A model generated the notes under the pieces. That model was given only the letters and a program-made list of their open reading frames with translations. It was not told the origin of the DNA and made no database searches. A stretch of 64,000 bases of DNA from Octopus bimaculoides (Eukaryota), in contig NC_068989.1 in NCBI RefSeq assembly GCF_001194135.2, positions 12,752,202 through 12,816,201 of the forward strand. Reading direction: 5' to 3'. Position 1 is the first letter of the stretch. Each line of letters opens with the position of its first letter. Made by a program: the position numbers and the translations under genes. Shown here piece by piece: positions 12,804 through 27,381 of this stretch.

Positions 12804-13873
12804 AAAAAATGCTACAAGTGCAACGTGAGATTGAAAATAAGCTGTACTGAGTGATTGTAGCATCAACATTTGAATAGATTATGTCCGTAGATATAGTTTG
12901 TACTGAAAGACATTGCTAGTAATAAATTATCCAGGAATTTTTTCTCGCTCCACCGTCAGAACAGCAAGTAAGATTTCGGATAATATTGCAGCATCATGGA
13001 TAAAATTGTAGGACAGACTGCTGTAGCATTATAATCATTGTCAATGACTTTTAATGTGAAACACACAAGTATTTCACGTGTCTGATATACACAGGTACAT
13101 TGGAAAACGCAGCGGCAGGTTATATATGCAAAAGGACACACACTTACGCACACATTGGATTGACCTAAACGTACGCTCAGATGTTTTTAAGCGAAAATAC
13201 AATACAAGTTTGAAACAAAAGCAATTTATTCAATCAATGATATGATTAAAGTTTCTTGGCAGTATCTTCTGTCATGCAGAGGCAAATTCAATAATCCCTA
13301 TTCAAAGTATTTTCTGTTTTACTACCGGAAGAATTTTTCCAAGTGAATTATTACATCTTCGGTGTTTGTAGGTCTTTCCAGTCATTTATTTTGAAGAGAT
13401 CGAAAATGGCGAGAATCTGAAAACGGAAAGTTGGGTGAATATGTGGGGCGAGAGGTGAAGAGATCTTGAAACTTTCCACATCGACGTTTTGGAACCTCTT
13501 TCCAATTGGGATTGGAATACACGTGACTGGACGATATTTCGCAATAAAGGACGTGAATTATACGTATATCTTCATTCTTCAGTCCGTCTCCTTAGCCCTA
13601 TATTTTTTGGCGAAAGTGCAATAGATTAATCAATTCGTTATTATATACATATATATATACGCACATAAATATACGTAAATGGGAGCACAAACACTGTACA
13701 TGCACACACACAAACACACACAGACAAACGCGCGCGCGCGCATGCACGTTTATAGGTTTGTTGATGTTTGAGTAAGTTACTTCATATGTTCTGCAATGTG
13801 TGGCCCTTTCAACATAAACTTTGTAGGTAGATCACTGTTTAATTGTTTTAACACCTGTTTCCTTTGATATAAA

Positions 13874-13972
13874 CATCAATAGTTCTATAATTACGTAATT
13901 ACAACACATTTAATTAATAAATATTAACTAATGTCAGTTATGTATTTTAATTACGTAATTATAGAATTGATG
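13874..13972. repeat. Inverted repeat with 25-bp arms and 46-bp spacer
   Basis: CATCAA(TAG)TTCTATAATTACGTAATTA versus TAATTACGTAATTATAGAATTGATG. Confidence 0.85.
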
Positions 13973-14856
13973 ATATTTATTCCAAATGAAACCTCTTTTA
14001 ACATCAATCGAATTGTGATCTATCTGTGAATTTTATGCTACTTAATTTTTCATTCTAACATTCTCAGGATCGTTTTCGCTGATTATATATAAACATGCAA
14101 ACGTTTACTATATAGATTTACTACTTTGCGAGAGCTTGAAAACCTGTTATTAATTCATAAATATTTATTAGCGGTAAAGTCAGTATTAAAATTGAGAAGT
14201 AATATTTATCCTGACTTAAAACGTGGATGTTGTGTTAGAATAAACTATGACGCGGTAGTTACTGTGACAGAAAGGTTCGCATTAGCACTTGGTGTAAAAT
14301 TGTTCGAAATGGTACAATATAAACACGAGCGAATTTTGCAACAAAAACTAATATGAGGGTCCTTCTCACAACCGCAATATGGAATGTTCCAGCAGAACAT
14401 CCACAGTAAACGAGAGATAATTATTACTTCTCATCATCAATCAAATTCTTCAATTCTTGTTCAATTCCTCCTTATAGTTTTTCATTTTTTCATGTGTATA
14501 TATTTGTGCGTGTATTTATATATACATACATATATATATATATATATATATNNNNNNNNNNNNNNNNNNNNNNNNNNNNNNNNNNNNNNNNNNNNNNNNN
14601 NNNNNNNNNNNNNNNNNNNNNNNNNNNNNNNNNNNNNNNNNNNNNNNNNNNNNNNNNNNNNNNNNNNNNNNNNNNNNNNNNNNNNNNNNNNNNNNNNNNN
14701 NNNNNNNNNNNNNNNNNNNNNNNNNNNNNNNNNNNNNNNNNNNNNNNNNNNNNNNNNNNNNNNNNNNNNNNNNNNNNNNNNNNNNNNNNNNNNNNNNNNN
14801 NNNNNNNNNNNNNNNNNNNNNNNNNNNNNNNNNNNNNNNNNNNNNNNNNNNNNACT

Positions 14857-14888
<32 letters not shown>

Positions 14889-14898
14889 CACGTATGTA

Positions 14899-15400
14899 TT
14901 GGGTAATCCCATGAATAATGCGGTCTTTTTTCAATTCCATGAACTAAAAGTCAAACGGGGACGGGATAAACTACCTATATGAAGTTGCTATAAAAGCAGG
15001 TGGTAATTTTACGTTGTCCATATTCTTTGTGCAAATTTTGAAGAGTGCAGTTCGGTTTTCAAAGTTATTTTTAAAGCTGTAATGAAGTGACAAAGTAAAA
15101 TATTCGGCCTATTTTGCTTTATGTGTTCAATAAAGGCAACAACGCAACGGAAAATGCAAGGAATATTAATACAGTAAATAGGGATCGAGCAATAAGCGTA
15201 AGTCAGTGTCAACGGTTGTTCCAGAAGTTTCAAGCCGGAAACAACAGCCTAGAAGACGCGCCTCGTCCTGAAAGATATTTAGAGCTCGACGAGGACGTGT
15301 TGCAAACCCTGGTGGAACAAAATTCCATCGTAACTGTTGAGGAACTAGCAGAGAAGCTTGGATTTGGACATTCAACCATTCATCGACACCTGCGTGCTCT
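14899..15400 (+). mobile_element. 5' part of a mariner transposon with transposase N-terminal HTH pseudogene
   Basis: TA then TIR-like TTGGGTAATCCCATGAATAATGCGG. Translation LYVFNKGNNATENARNIN...LEDAPRP...LDEDVLQTLVEQNSIVTVEELAEKLGFGHSTIHRHL is typical of the mariner DNA-binding domain; truncated by SINE-derived sequence. Confidence 0.92.
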
Positions 15401-16775
15401 TGAACAAGGTGCAGATTTCTGTGGAATGCCGACAATCGCTGGCCTTGTGCCAAAATTTGAAATCATTCTTTTTATTATTATCCGAAGGCAGCTAGCTGCC
15501 ATGATCGTTAGTACGTCGGGCAGAATGCTTACCGCTATTTCACATTTGTAATCAACTAGTCCACTCCCCAGGAAATTTCAGGCCTTGTACCTTTAGAGCA
15601 AAATACCATTATTATTACTGCCCTCATCATTTTGATGTCCATGGAATAATGGACTATATTATTTATATTAACCGAATTATATACAAACCAGCGTAGGCTT
15701 TCCACATACACATACACACATACCCACACACACACACACACGTGCACACCTACACCGCACACACTCACACACACGCACACACTCACACACACGCACACAC
15801 GATGTAACAGTTATTGAAGTCGAACCATTCTGTGTCATTTCGCATTTAGTCATTTCCTTAAAACGACGACACATCCACACCCACACAGCTGTTTTTTTGT
15901 AACTTCTTCGTGTCTATTTACATTGCTCTTCCCTGATTTGATTAGACACCAAATTATAATTTTTGTTATCTGATTTTTATATTTCTCTTATTTATGACAG
16001 TGTTATTTTGAAGGAATATATTGCTATTTTGCCGCTGTTGTTGTTGATCTCTTCTCAATTTGTTGTAGTTGTATTGTTGTTTCTTTCATTTGTTTATCAT
16101 TCTTTATTTCACATTTATCGTATACTGTCTTGGTTAACTATTATGTTTGTTGTTATGCTTTGGCTGTTATCCTTCCTTCTTATTATTCTTGATTTAATTG
16201 TCAGTGTTCATTATTGTATTGAAATTGTTATTTTTATTGCTTCCATACCATACTCTCTATATAATAAATGTTTTTTTTTTGTTTTCTATTAATATTGTTT
16301 GAATAGTTTCTACTGCTATTGTCTATTCTGTCATGTAAATTGTTTTGCTAATAAGAGTTGTATTTGATAGTGTACACATCCTAAAGACTACTGTTGTGTT
16401 GTTGATGTTGTTGATATTGATCATGATAATTATTATTGCCGAAATATTAATATATATTATCTCCATATTCCGTTTCCTTGTAAAGGGGGTGTATTTGATT
16501 CATCATTTAATTCTTTTTGTTGGCGTTGTTGTTATTACTCAGGACCAGATCTAATCAGATCGACAATGTTTATTAGTGATGGCGTTATAATCATACACAT
16601 CACATGTTTGTGCTTTTTTGGTACATCCGGAATTGCTTTGTACGAGAAGTCACCTCCGTCATTTACAGAGTATAAAGCTGATATGTGACTGATGTTTAGA
16701 GGAATGAGCGATTGAGAAGAGGTTACAGCATACGACATACATAGGGTGAAAATGATTTGTGAAGGGGTAGTAGTT

Positions 16776-17262
16776 GTCCTAAGCCACTTTGGCTATTACC
16801 CCCAGCTATGGTCACCAACCAGTGTAAAATTAACTGCAGAACTTTAGGCAATCCAATGAAGTTACAAGAAGATACCCTCTATACAGCATATAAGCTACTG
16901 GGAAAAGCTCAGGAGATTGAGAATCTATTCCCTGGAGAGTTAGATGGGAAAGATATGCCGTAATATACACCTGGGAGATCCTGGAGGGATTTGTCCCAAA
17001 CTTTGAGAGTTACATTGAAGCTAGAACAGGGCGCCATTGCATAGTGTCAAAGTCTTCGACTTTGCTACCAAGATATAGGACAATATATTGCAGTAGCCTG
17101 AGATTTAAAGGGCCCACACCTCTTCAGTATCCTCCCAAAGGAACTCAGAGACCTACACGAGGTCTTCAAAACAAAACTAGATCTCTTATTGTCAAGAGTC
17201 CCAGATAAACCAACTTCATAAAAGGAAGTGCAAATGAGAGCAGCAGCGTCGAACTCCCTCAA
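16776..17262 (+). mobile_element. CR1/L2-group LINE 3' fragment (decayed)
   Basis: VLSHFGYYPQLWSPTSVKLTAEL*AIQ*SYKKIPSIQHISYWEKLRRLRIYSLE...FKTKLDLLLSRVPD, the C-terminal RT region of CR1-like elements. Confidence 0.85.
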
Positions 17263-18164
17263 AACTTCTAAAAACTATTAGTGAAGTAAAAATTTTGTAG
17301 CAACACCATCTCAAACGGCTTGTGAGCTGAAACCAGTTTAATTCAATTCAATTTCAATTCCATTCATATATCATCTGAGAAGAGATTGGAAACCTATTTC
17401 TGGTAGGCCAGAATCTTCGTATATTATTTCTTCTTCAGTCCAGAGCATAACAGTGATGCATATGTTGTTACTGATTTGTACAGTGTGGATTGATAACATC
17501 TTCTTTTTCAAATTAGGTAAGTTAATTCACTCAATAAGATTAGAGACATATTAGTAACGGACTTAATGAATTTACGACGAGAGTTTGCAGTTTAAAAATC
17601 AAGGTAGAGAAATAACCAGTCTCGCTAGCACTATGCTTCTGCATCGCAATAACATTTATTAGCTGTTTATGAACTTCTATATAGAGCACATCTATAATTA
17701 ATTTAAACTTATAAATCAATAGTTGATAGTCTAGTATTCCACACATGGTTAGAATAGCCATTTCGGTACTAATTCTCTATTACCATGACACCTAATGAGT
17801 CCAATAGTGTCAGGTTTAGCGTTGGAATCATTATTTAAAGAGAGTCTATTTCAATTGACCAATATTATATGAACGCAAAGGCATTTCGTATATTATGGTT
17901 GTTGACAGTATTAGTAATTGCCCGTCATCGTCGCGTCTGCTTTAAAGATATTAGGATATATTAGTTCTGCTGATGGCGTTATTCTTTTCAATTTAAACTA
18001 GAGTAATCATGGAGAAAGAAATACATCGAAGTTTTAATTATGTATTAGGTATTGTCATTATCATTATCACCATCACACGATTAAAATATATCCGTTATCA
18101 AACTAGGGCTTTGGTATTGATTTTATATACACATAGCAGATTCTCTTGCGTATGTGTATATATA

Positions 18165-18640
18165 AAACTGGGGTACCCAAAAGAAACCCGAATTTTGCAA
18201 TATTATTTTGTTTATTTAGTTTTACATATTTACCCTTTTATCACCTTCTAAGTATTCTCCATTTGAAGCAATGCATCGGTCCGGATGCGTTTTCCACTGT
18301 TCAAAGCAGTGCTGGAACTCTTGTGAAGTGATGCCTTTTAACGTTCCTGTCGTTTATTCTTCGCCTCTTCCACATCCGAAAATTCGACACCAGTGATGAT
18401 CTTTTTTTTTAAAAAAAAAAAGGTCCGGATCAATTTCCAACCGTTCTTTCAGTTCACGACACGCTTTCAGTCGTGACTGCTTTTGATCTTCCATGAGCAA
18501 GCGAAGCACACATTTTGCTGCAACTATTTTCATCCGCAATTTCTAGATCAAAGTTCGTTGGCAGGAGCTCCAGGTCACACCAGTCATATCAACAAGTTCG
18601 TCAGTTGTTTGGCAACGGTTCTCCACGATCAGTTAATAGA
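18165..18640 (-). mobile_element. Internally deleted mariner remnant
   Basis: MKIVAAKCVLRLLMEDQKQSRLKACRELKERLEIDPDLF joined to C-terminal QEFQHCFEQWKTHPDRCIASNGEY, with a TIR-like end near 18165-18195. Confidence 0.85.
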
Positions 18641-21597
18641 TAATTCGCTCTAAAGTTGTAGCCAAAGAACATAATTGTATACATGCATACTGACAGTTAG
18701 ACAAAGACACAGACACACACAGACACACACACACATATACACACATACATATATCGTTCAGCCTTCATTATGCATGCTAGGCTTATAAGGTGCATTTCTG
18801 CATTGTATTTATTGTGCGATATCATTTAATCACCGACTACAGAAACATATGTACCAGATGCATTAGTCGCAGAAGAAATTAAAGCCCATGTTGTTTTTCT
18901 CTGCTATATATACAAAGAAAGAGAGGGGTAGATTGCTAGAAGTGTTTGGTCGATCAATACATCATGAAGCTACAAAATATTTTAAAACTAAATCTATTCA
19001 GAGTTAAATGAAACCTCCTAAAATATAAACTCACGCATAGAAATACATAGTTAGCTAGTCACCATCTTGTTGTCAATAAAATCATGAATTTCAACGATGA
19101 GAATATTAATATTTATAAATTCGTTTGGGGGTCCAATATAGAGGTTTGCTGAGAAAGTGCTTGAAAATGTGTTCCCTTTATCTTTCTTGGGAATATTACA
19201 TCAAAGGCGGGTTCTTTCAACTTTGAAGGAGAATTGATAAAATATTTTAGACATTTGCTTCGATACTAATTGAAATATTTCCAGCTATTAGCTAATGAAA
19301 ATAGCTTATCTCTCAACTAATTGATTTTCTGTACGCTAAATGATGAGTATATAATGAAGACAAGGCATTTTGATATTCATCGACACTAAACCATCATCAC
19401 CAGTAATTAAATTTGATGTCTTCGGCGGTATAGCAGTAGTGAGAACAGGAATACCATGCATTTGTATCTTGGATTCGTTTTAATATAATGATATATTTCT
19501 GGTTTTCCTGCAGTAATACAAAACAATTAAAATTCCGTATATTACTATATTTCGGGATGGTTATCTTTTTCTTGCCAAATAAGCACGTGCACTGTATATT
19601 TGTTCTTCACTTGGGATTTATTATTGTTCTTATTTTATGTTCTTTGTCTGGAAATTTTTCGTCACAAAATCTGTGACCTCTTCAGCAACTCTCCATCTCT
19701 CGCGTCTCCTTGGTAAGTATAAAAATAACCATCCCCAAATATAACAATCTCTGTTTTAACATACGACTTAATGTCAAGAATGTTGCAAAACAAATACATA
19801 AACGTAAAAATTGCCCATTTTTTATCTTCGATCTCATTGTTTGCTTCATCTGGCGTCTTGGTTAGAAACGAAGTCAGTCCTGGCCATAATTTCTTTAGAA
19901 AATCTGTAAAGATACGCTTAACAAGAGCACTGCTAACACAGTAGAACACGGTGTTAACTTATAAAGTTGTTTAAGATACTTTGTAGTATATTAGGCTTGC
20001 ATAACGAAATGCCGTGTCCCTACAAGTCATTAAAAATAACAAATTCATAATTTTTTTTTTTACCTGCTCGGAATGAGGAGTAGATAGGCAGCCCACAGCA
20101 GACGAAGCGTCGTTCTTTATGTTACTTGTCCTGTTTTCCATTTCTTTCTCTCGTCGTTTGAGTATTGAACTCATTTACATTCGTATTTCATATTTCATGT
20201 TACTGTTTGGTGAGGTCGTGTACCCATATATACGCGCGTGTGTATATATATGCATATGTATATATTATTTAAAGTTTTGATATATAACCAAGGGGATCGA
20301 TCCATAAGGCGTCTACTCTAGACCTTTGGGGAGAAATCTCTTGCTATTTTGGTAGCGATTACATGTTTATCTCATCAACACATTGTGGAGATATCATCAT
20401 ATGAACAAATATATATATATATTCATTTAAAATACAGAGATGCCTGTAATAGGACATCTAACCCGCTAGAAATAGCAGCAAGGCTACATACCACAAAAAG
20501 TAGGGATAATGTTTATCTTACTAAAATTGACTTGAAACCATGGTACAGAATATAGATCGGTAAATGTTTTTATTTTTCATTCCCTTTCGAAATTATCCCT
20601 ACTTTTTGTGGTATGTAGTCTTGCTGCTATTTCTAGCGGGTTANNNNNNNNNNNNNNNNNNNNNNNNNNNNNNNNNNNNNNNNNNNNNNNNNNNNNNNNN
20701 NNNNNNNNNNNNNNNNNNNNNNNNNNNNNNNNNNNNNNNNNNNNNNNNNNNNNNNNNTATATATATTATTTATATTATATTTTCTATATATATATGTATA
20801 TATATATATATATCTGCGTATGAAAACATATGTGCGTGCTTGTCTATGCGGGTGCTTGCATGTGGCATTGCCTTCAATCTTTGTCCTTACAGTCTACGAT
20901 TTCGTTCCAAAATCAATCCTGGTTGAAATATATCTTTCTTCATTTCGCAACGACTAAACACCTTAGCATTTCAATCCGGTCAAGTGGGGGAACCTTGAGC
21001 ATCTGACAAAATGACACATTCTTTCCCGTCTGCTCTCGGAAATTAAAATCCACTTTCAGAGATATGAAAATGCTCGAGCTCTTTGCAACCTGGACTTCCA
21101 AATATGGTCTATGTTTTTGAGAAGTCCCCAAGCAAGCATCTGCATTAACCAGTTGTTTAACGGTTAGGAAAGAACGCCATGAATCAGGAAAGACTGCAAG
21201 TTAACATCATGGAGACGAGTAGTGTGTATTAAAATCTGGTACTTCGATAAGTCTACTGCTTTAATATGGCTGATATTAGTAATTTTTGCACAGTTAGTAC
21301 ATGCATATATAGCAGACCGAAAAATCGATGCCACTGTCACTCCTGGTCTTCCGAAAGTTTAATAAAACTCTTCTCAACCAAGGGCATTCAGTAATTCTTC
21401 CATTTCATATTAAATTGTTTATATATTAATTCACATACAGACATATATGCGCGAGCGTGTGTGTATAATATATACACACGCATTTCTGTTGACGCATATA
21501 TCTGCATATATGTGCATATATATATATATATATGTGTGTGTATGCGTGTGTGTGTGCGTGTGTGTGTGTGTATTTACAAATATATCTATATATACAA

Positions 21598-21632
<35 letters not shown>

Positions 21633-22175
21633 NNNNNNNNNNNNNNNNNNNNNNNNNNNNNNNNNNNNNNNNNNNNNNNNNNNNNNNNNNNNNNNNNNNN
21701 NNNNNNNNNNNNNNNNNNNNNNNNNNNNNNNNNNNNNNNNNNNNNNNNNNNNNNNNNNNNNNNNNNNNNNNNNNNNNNNNNNNNNNNNNNNNNNNNNNNN
21801 NNNNNNNNNNNNNNNNNNNNNNNNNNNNNNNNNNNNNNNNNNNNNNNNNNNNNNNNNNNNNNNNNNNNNNNNNNNNNNNNNNNNNNNNNNNNNNNNNNNN
21901 NNNNNNNNNNNNNNNNNNNNNNNNNNNNNNNNNNNNNNNNNNNNNNNNNNNNNNNNNNNNNNNNNNNNNNNNNNNNNNNNNNNNNNNNNNNNNNNNNNNN
22001 NNNNNNNNNNNNNNNNNNNNNNNNNNNNNNNNNNNNNNNNNNNNNNNNNNNNNNNNNNNNNNNNNNNNNNNNNNNNNNNNNNNNNNNNNNNNNNNNNNNN
22101 NNNNNNNNNNNNNNNNNNNNNNNNNNNNNNNNNNNNNNNNNNNNNNNNNNNNNNNNNNNNNNNNNNNNNNNNNNN

Positions 22176-22218
<43 letters not shown>

Positions 22219-22499
22219 GAGAGAAGGAGTCAGATACATTTATATCATTCGGCGTTAAACCTACCCACCAGCCTTCCGTCATGCCTTTGTATCAGAACAC
22301 ATTTTGATTTTCGTTTATTTTTCTTGTGATATCTTTGCAAAAGCCAGCCGTAGTCGTTGTGTCTCGTGTTTGTTACCGATTAAAAGGGACACAAAATCTG
22401 GGTCTCTAAATGAAATGCTTCTCCAAATTATAACAAAAACATTCTCTTTGCATTCTTTTTCTAACACAGACTAACTTCAAAATTTTCACCCACTAACCT

Positions 22500-22608
22500 A
22501 CTCATTATTGTTATTATTCTTATAAATGTGTTGTTGTTGTTGTTGTTATTATTATCATCATTATGATTATTGTTATCATCATCATCATCATCATTATTAT
22601 TATTATTG

Positions 22609-22670
<62 letters not shown>
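22500..22670. repeat. (TTG/ATC/ATT)n compound trinucleotide microsatellite
   Basis: Direct. Confidence 0.95.
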
Positions 22671-23336
22671 GGCATTGCTTGTTTACAGTTTGGTTCCCTA
22701 AACACCTACAACATTACACTTTCATCACTGTGTTGATTTATCAATCTTGATGGGAATATGTTTTCCCACTTATCCCACGTTCCCCATCTCTTAAACGTAT
22801 ATCCCCTCTTCTCTCCAGTTGCCTTCATCATTCAACCTCCCCCCCCCCCGACTCCTTGCTTCCTTTTTATTTGTCCTCCCCTCTGCTTCACAGCCTCTTC
22901 CATTACCCTCGCCATCTTGTATCTTCTTCCTTTTCGTCATCCCAAAACTTTTGTTTCGGTTATTCATCGCCCACGCATTAAAATGTAATTGTACGCATAT
23001 TCATTTTTTTTTTTTACTTGTTCCCGGTAAGCACCCACCACAAGCCACTCCACCCGGCAACACAAATACTTGTCACCCTCTATTCATCTCCAACTAACAT
23101 AATTATCCTTGTCATATTTCACTATCCTCAACCTTATTGGTACTAAATTTATCTAACATCATCATCGTTATCCAAATCACTGCAGATATTAAAAATAAAT
23201 GATTATGATATATAAGCACAAGGCAGCACAGTAAAGAAGGGAGACAGAGTTTACTAACTTGACTAAATGCAATATGACTGCTCGATCTGGAAGGGTGACT
23301 ACCAAAACTGGCTAAGGCTATTATGCCAGCCTTCAG

Positions 23337-23337
23337 C

Positions 23338-23398
<61 letters not shown>

Positions 23399-23401
23399 CA
23401 C
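23337..23401. repeat. (CTA)n(CCA)n microsatellite
   Basis: Direct. Confidence 0.95.
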
Positions 23402-23799
23402 GCGAGATGCAATGTACAGGATTCAGAAAGAACCACAGAGGAAACATTGTATGATGTGGAAAGAGGCAATAAGGACATCGTACTTGTTGAAATGTTAAAA
23501 GAAAACAGTTTTACTGTGAATGCAATTGACACATGAAGTATACCGATATGTAAAAAGACGTACGAGACTAGACATACCTGAGAAGAAAAGGTTGTTATAC
23601 AGGATGTCCACAAGGCCTGGCTACATGGAGTAAATAAAATCATAACATAAGCAATTAAATATAAGAAATGATTATTTCTTAAAGTATGTGTTAATCACCA
23701 TGTACACAGACTTTGTGGACACTCTGTAGTTGCAACAGTAAAGATTTATAGGGGAGACAACCCATCATGTAAGTTAGAGTCTGGAGCGTATGAATGCTA

Positions 23800-23965
23800 A
23801 AAAGAACAACCTAGTGGTTCTTTTTAGGATGCAGTCGAGGAACCAGGTATATAGTCCAGTATCGTTCCAGATGTGTGATCAGAATTCCTGTATGTCCCAC
23901 TCGAGCCTTGTAGAATATCTGCAGCTTTTTGGGGTGAAGTATCTTCTGGTCCTTAAGATAGTAAC
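23800..23965 (-). mobile_element. Decayed CR1/Jockey-group LINE RT fragment
   Basis: With frameshifts: LRTRRYFTP-KLQIFYKARV-EF*SHIWNDT..FLDCILKRTTRL, resembling the YKAQIRP.MEYCSHIW..LDRIQKRA.RL region. Confidence 0.6.
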
Positions 23966-26612
23966 TACTAATGAGGTATTGTCGTATACTTAGCATATAC
24001 TTATCATGAGATATGCTGAGTATGTGCATTTGTCTAGCGAAATATTCAGTAAGGCTGAGACCCAACGTTAGTGATTTTGAAATGATCGAAGCAATATGAT
24101 AAAAAAAACTCGATAGATATAATGAATAAATGAATTAATATAATTGTGAAGCACTAAACTACAAATATGTTTAAGAAGAAAAGAGACGGTCCCATTATTG
24201 ATGTTATTAATGAATATTGTAACAATATGAGTATGAGGTAATATATATATTAAATGAATGGCTTGGAAAAAGATTGAGAAACGCAAAAAAAAGAGGAAAA
24301 AATTATAATAATAATCATAATGAATAAATCGCAAAAAATGGATTAATGTTTGCATTTACAACATGTTTTATCAAAGAATAACTAAAGTAAGAAATATTGA
24401 AAGAAAATAGAAAGGATATGGAAAGTTTTTATTTGATACGTATATTGAGATCAATAAGTAAATGAAAAACAAAAATTATATACAAATATGAAAACAAGAC
24501 ATCAGAAATTATGAGAGAAAAATAAATAAACCTCTATGGACATGGAATACGTTAATTTTAACCAACTAGAGAATGATAGAGAAAGTTTTTTGTCAATAAG
24601 AAAAGGAAGAAAGTCTTAAAAAATGTTTGACGATAGACTAGTAAAGAGAGAAAAATAGTATTTTCCCCTTTCAAAATATAATGAGTATAGCAAAGCTGAA
24701 ATGCAGTGATAAATAACCCAAAATGAATATGACTAAATTACAGTAGAACAATGACATTGCAATACCAAGATGAGCAAATCAAAATTAAAGAGAAAAATAA
24801 AGGATAGGTATTGTTGATAAATGAAGCTTCAAAGGCTTGTTTTTTTTTTATATGTAAAGAAAGTGACATTAGCCATGTGTTATATGGTAAGAACGCAAGT
24901 AATGTTATGTAATGTCATGAATATATGGAACACAGTAAACTCTAACAAATGAATACAAAAGAAAAGAGCTTTGATGTGCCCATTTAATAATGTACGACTT
25001 TAAACACATAGACACACACATAGTTATCTATATTCAATATACAGCAAAACTTTTTTCTGGTTTACCATAAAAATATACCGCACACAAACACATATACACA
25101 CACACAACGCAAATGAGCGACTAGAAATAATTTAGAGTGGCCGGTGGCATGTAGACGAACATGGACAAATGCAATTATATCAAAGACATCACAACATAAG
25201 TTTTTGGTTTATTAAAATTAACTCTGTCTCTAGTTACTGTGTCAATATTACGAAATAACAATTGCGAAGAGTTGCAACTGAGAAAGGTAAATAATCCAGG
25301 AGTCAAGATTTCTCCTGTTTACGTGCCATGAACGAAATTGATAGGTTTGTTTGGAGATAAGAGGATAGTGTTGAACACAAGCTTCTGCTACGCTAGGTAC
25401 CATCAGCACGATAACTGTCCTAACCTGGCTCCAGTGGCTAAGGGAAATAACCTCTTCCAGCTAAGAAGCATCTACAAGAAGTGTTGTACTGAGCTCAGAA
25501 ATTTCAATGTTATAATTATGTAGAACATACTGAGGTTACAGTTTTGAGGTGGAGTCGTTATCTTGGAGGACATTCCATAAACCAAGGTTCAATATTCTTT
25601 GCTGCATTTTATGTTAGATTTTTGACTACGGCACCGAGTGACCAGAGAGCTGCAGAAGGGCAAGTAATATTTAGGACTCTTTTTAACGACCGTCTTCCAT
25701 TGCATAGGGAAATCAGTGATGTATTTAAATAGATCTACCTTGGCATTAATAGAGAAAACAGGCAGCAAATTTGCCCAACGTTATGTGCAAGAAAGGCCAA
25801 TAGTGAATACTCGCCACTTTATGGAGCTTCACCTGGAGGCTACTATAAACATCATTTACTTGTTCATGCCGCCTTAGCTCTCTCGCCAGAAAGCATGTGA
25901 ACATGCGTTTGGTAGAATGGGGAGTGACGGCAGACATCCGGAACTTATAACTGTTAAGTTAACCACAGGAAGATTATGTCTGTAGTGATGACACTCATGT
26001 TGGGCCAGGCACAGTTTCCGGAAATTCTGTGTTACTAGAAATGTTGTCAAACAATCAATGAAACACGTAAATCAAACTTAACTTATCCGATGTTTGTAGC
26101 CTTCAGCACTAATTAGAGTCCTACCTGATGATTTCAATCGCAACATGTTCTGCAACCGAATGATCCTTCAACAAATCTCCAGCTAGCTCAAAATGTTTTA
26201 AGTTGACGTAAATATAAAAAAAACCAAGATAAACGCAAGATGAACCTACCTACTTACCAACCTACCTACCTACCTACCTACCTACATGACAACCTGTCTA
26301 CCTACATATCCGTCTACCTACCTGTCTGTTTACCATTCTGTCTGTCTATTTGTTCGTGTATCTATCTATATATATATATATATATATATNNNNNNNNNNN
26401 NNNNNNNNNNNNNNNNNNNNNNNNNNNNNNNNNNNNNNNNNNNNNNNNNNNNNNNNNNNNNNNNNNNNNNNNNNNNNNNNNNNNNNNNNNNNNNNNNNNN
26501 NNNNNNNNNNNNNNNNNNNNNNNNNNNNNNNNNNNNNNNNNNNNNNNNNNNNNNNNNNNNNNNNNNNNNNNNNNNNNNNNNNNNNNNNNNNNNNNNNNNN
26601 NNNNNNNNNNNN

Positions 26613-26647
<35 letters not shown>

Positions 26648-27151
26648 GTGCATAGAGAAAAGCTCTGAAGCCACAATGACCCACTATTCAATGTTCACCT
26701 TCAATTCCTTCAATGATATGTGAATGCATTTTAGATACCAGTATTCGTTTCTAAAACGCAGCGCTAGATTTATATTGCCACTTTATCTCCACAATATTTG
26801 CAGCAATTCAAAGTGATATTTGGCTGCCAGCTTAAAGAGTGTTTATTATCTTGATAAAAATCATTGGCAGACAACTTAAGAGTGAAAAAGTTGAATCAAG
26901 AAATTCCATCTTGAACGGTATATTGGCAACTAAAATATGACTTTTCAGCACAAGTAAGGCAATATGATCGATAGGAAGATAATTTGGAGGAAATAATCGG
27001 TAACAGTGTTTCGCAAAAGCTTTTAAACACTGCAAAGCTTTGCAAAGAAAGCCATTTACAATGGTCAATAAGTTTCATTTATATATTATCTTGACGTCAA
27101 ATCATGGCGTTTGCTTCTCTAAGAAGCTTAATGCCCTCTCAAAAGCTTAAA

Positions 27152-27381
27152 GGCGGTGAGCTGGCAGAAACGTTAGCACGCTGGGCGAAATACTCAGCGG
27201 TATTTCGTTTGCCGTTACGTTCAGAGTTCAAATTCCGACGAGGTCGACGTTGCCTTTCATCTTTTCGGGGTCGATAAATTAAGTATCAGCTACGCACTGG
27301 GGTCGATGTAATCGACTTAACCTATTTGCCTGTCCTTGTTTGTGCCCTCTATGTTTAGCCCCTTGTAGGCAATAAAGAAAT
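27152..27381 (+). mobile_element. SINE family A (variant 1) with 19-bp target-site duplication
   Basis: Full head to tail; TAAGAAGCTTAATGCCCTC at 27120-27138 and 27381-27399. Confidence 0.93.

Noticed and set aside
19660-20174. Protein-like minus ORFs (MSSILKRREK..., ...KKLWPGLTSFL...)
   Set aside because: No motif was recognised. It is possibly a decayed transposon but cannot be supported.
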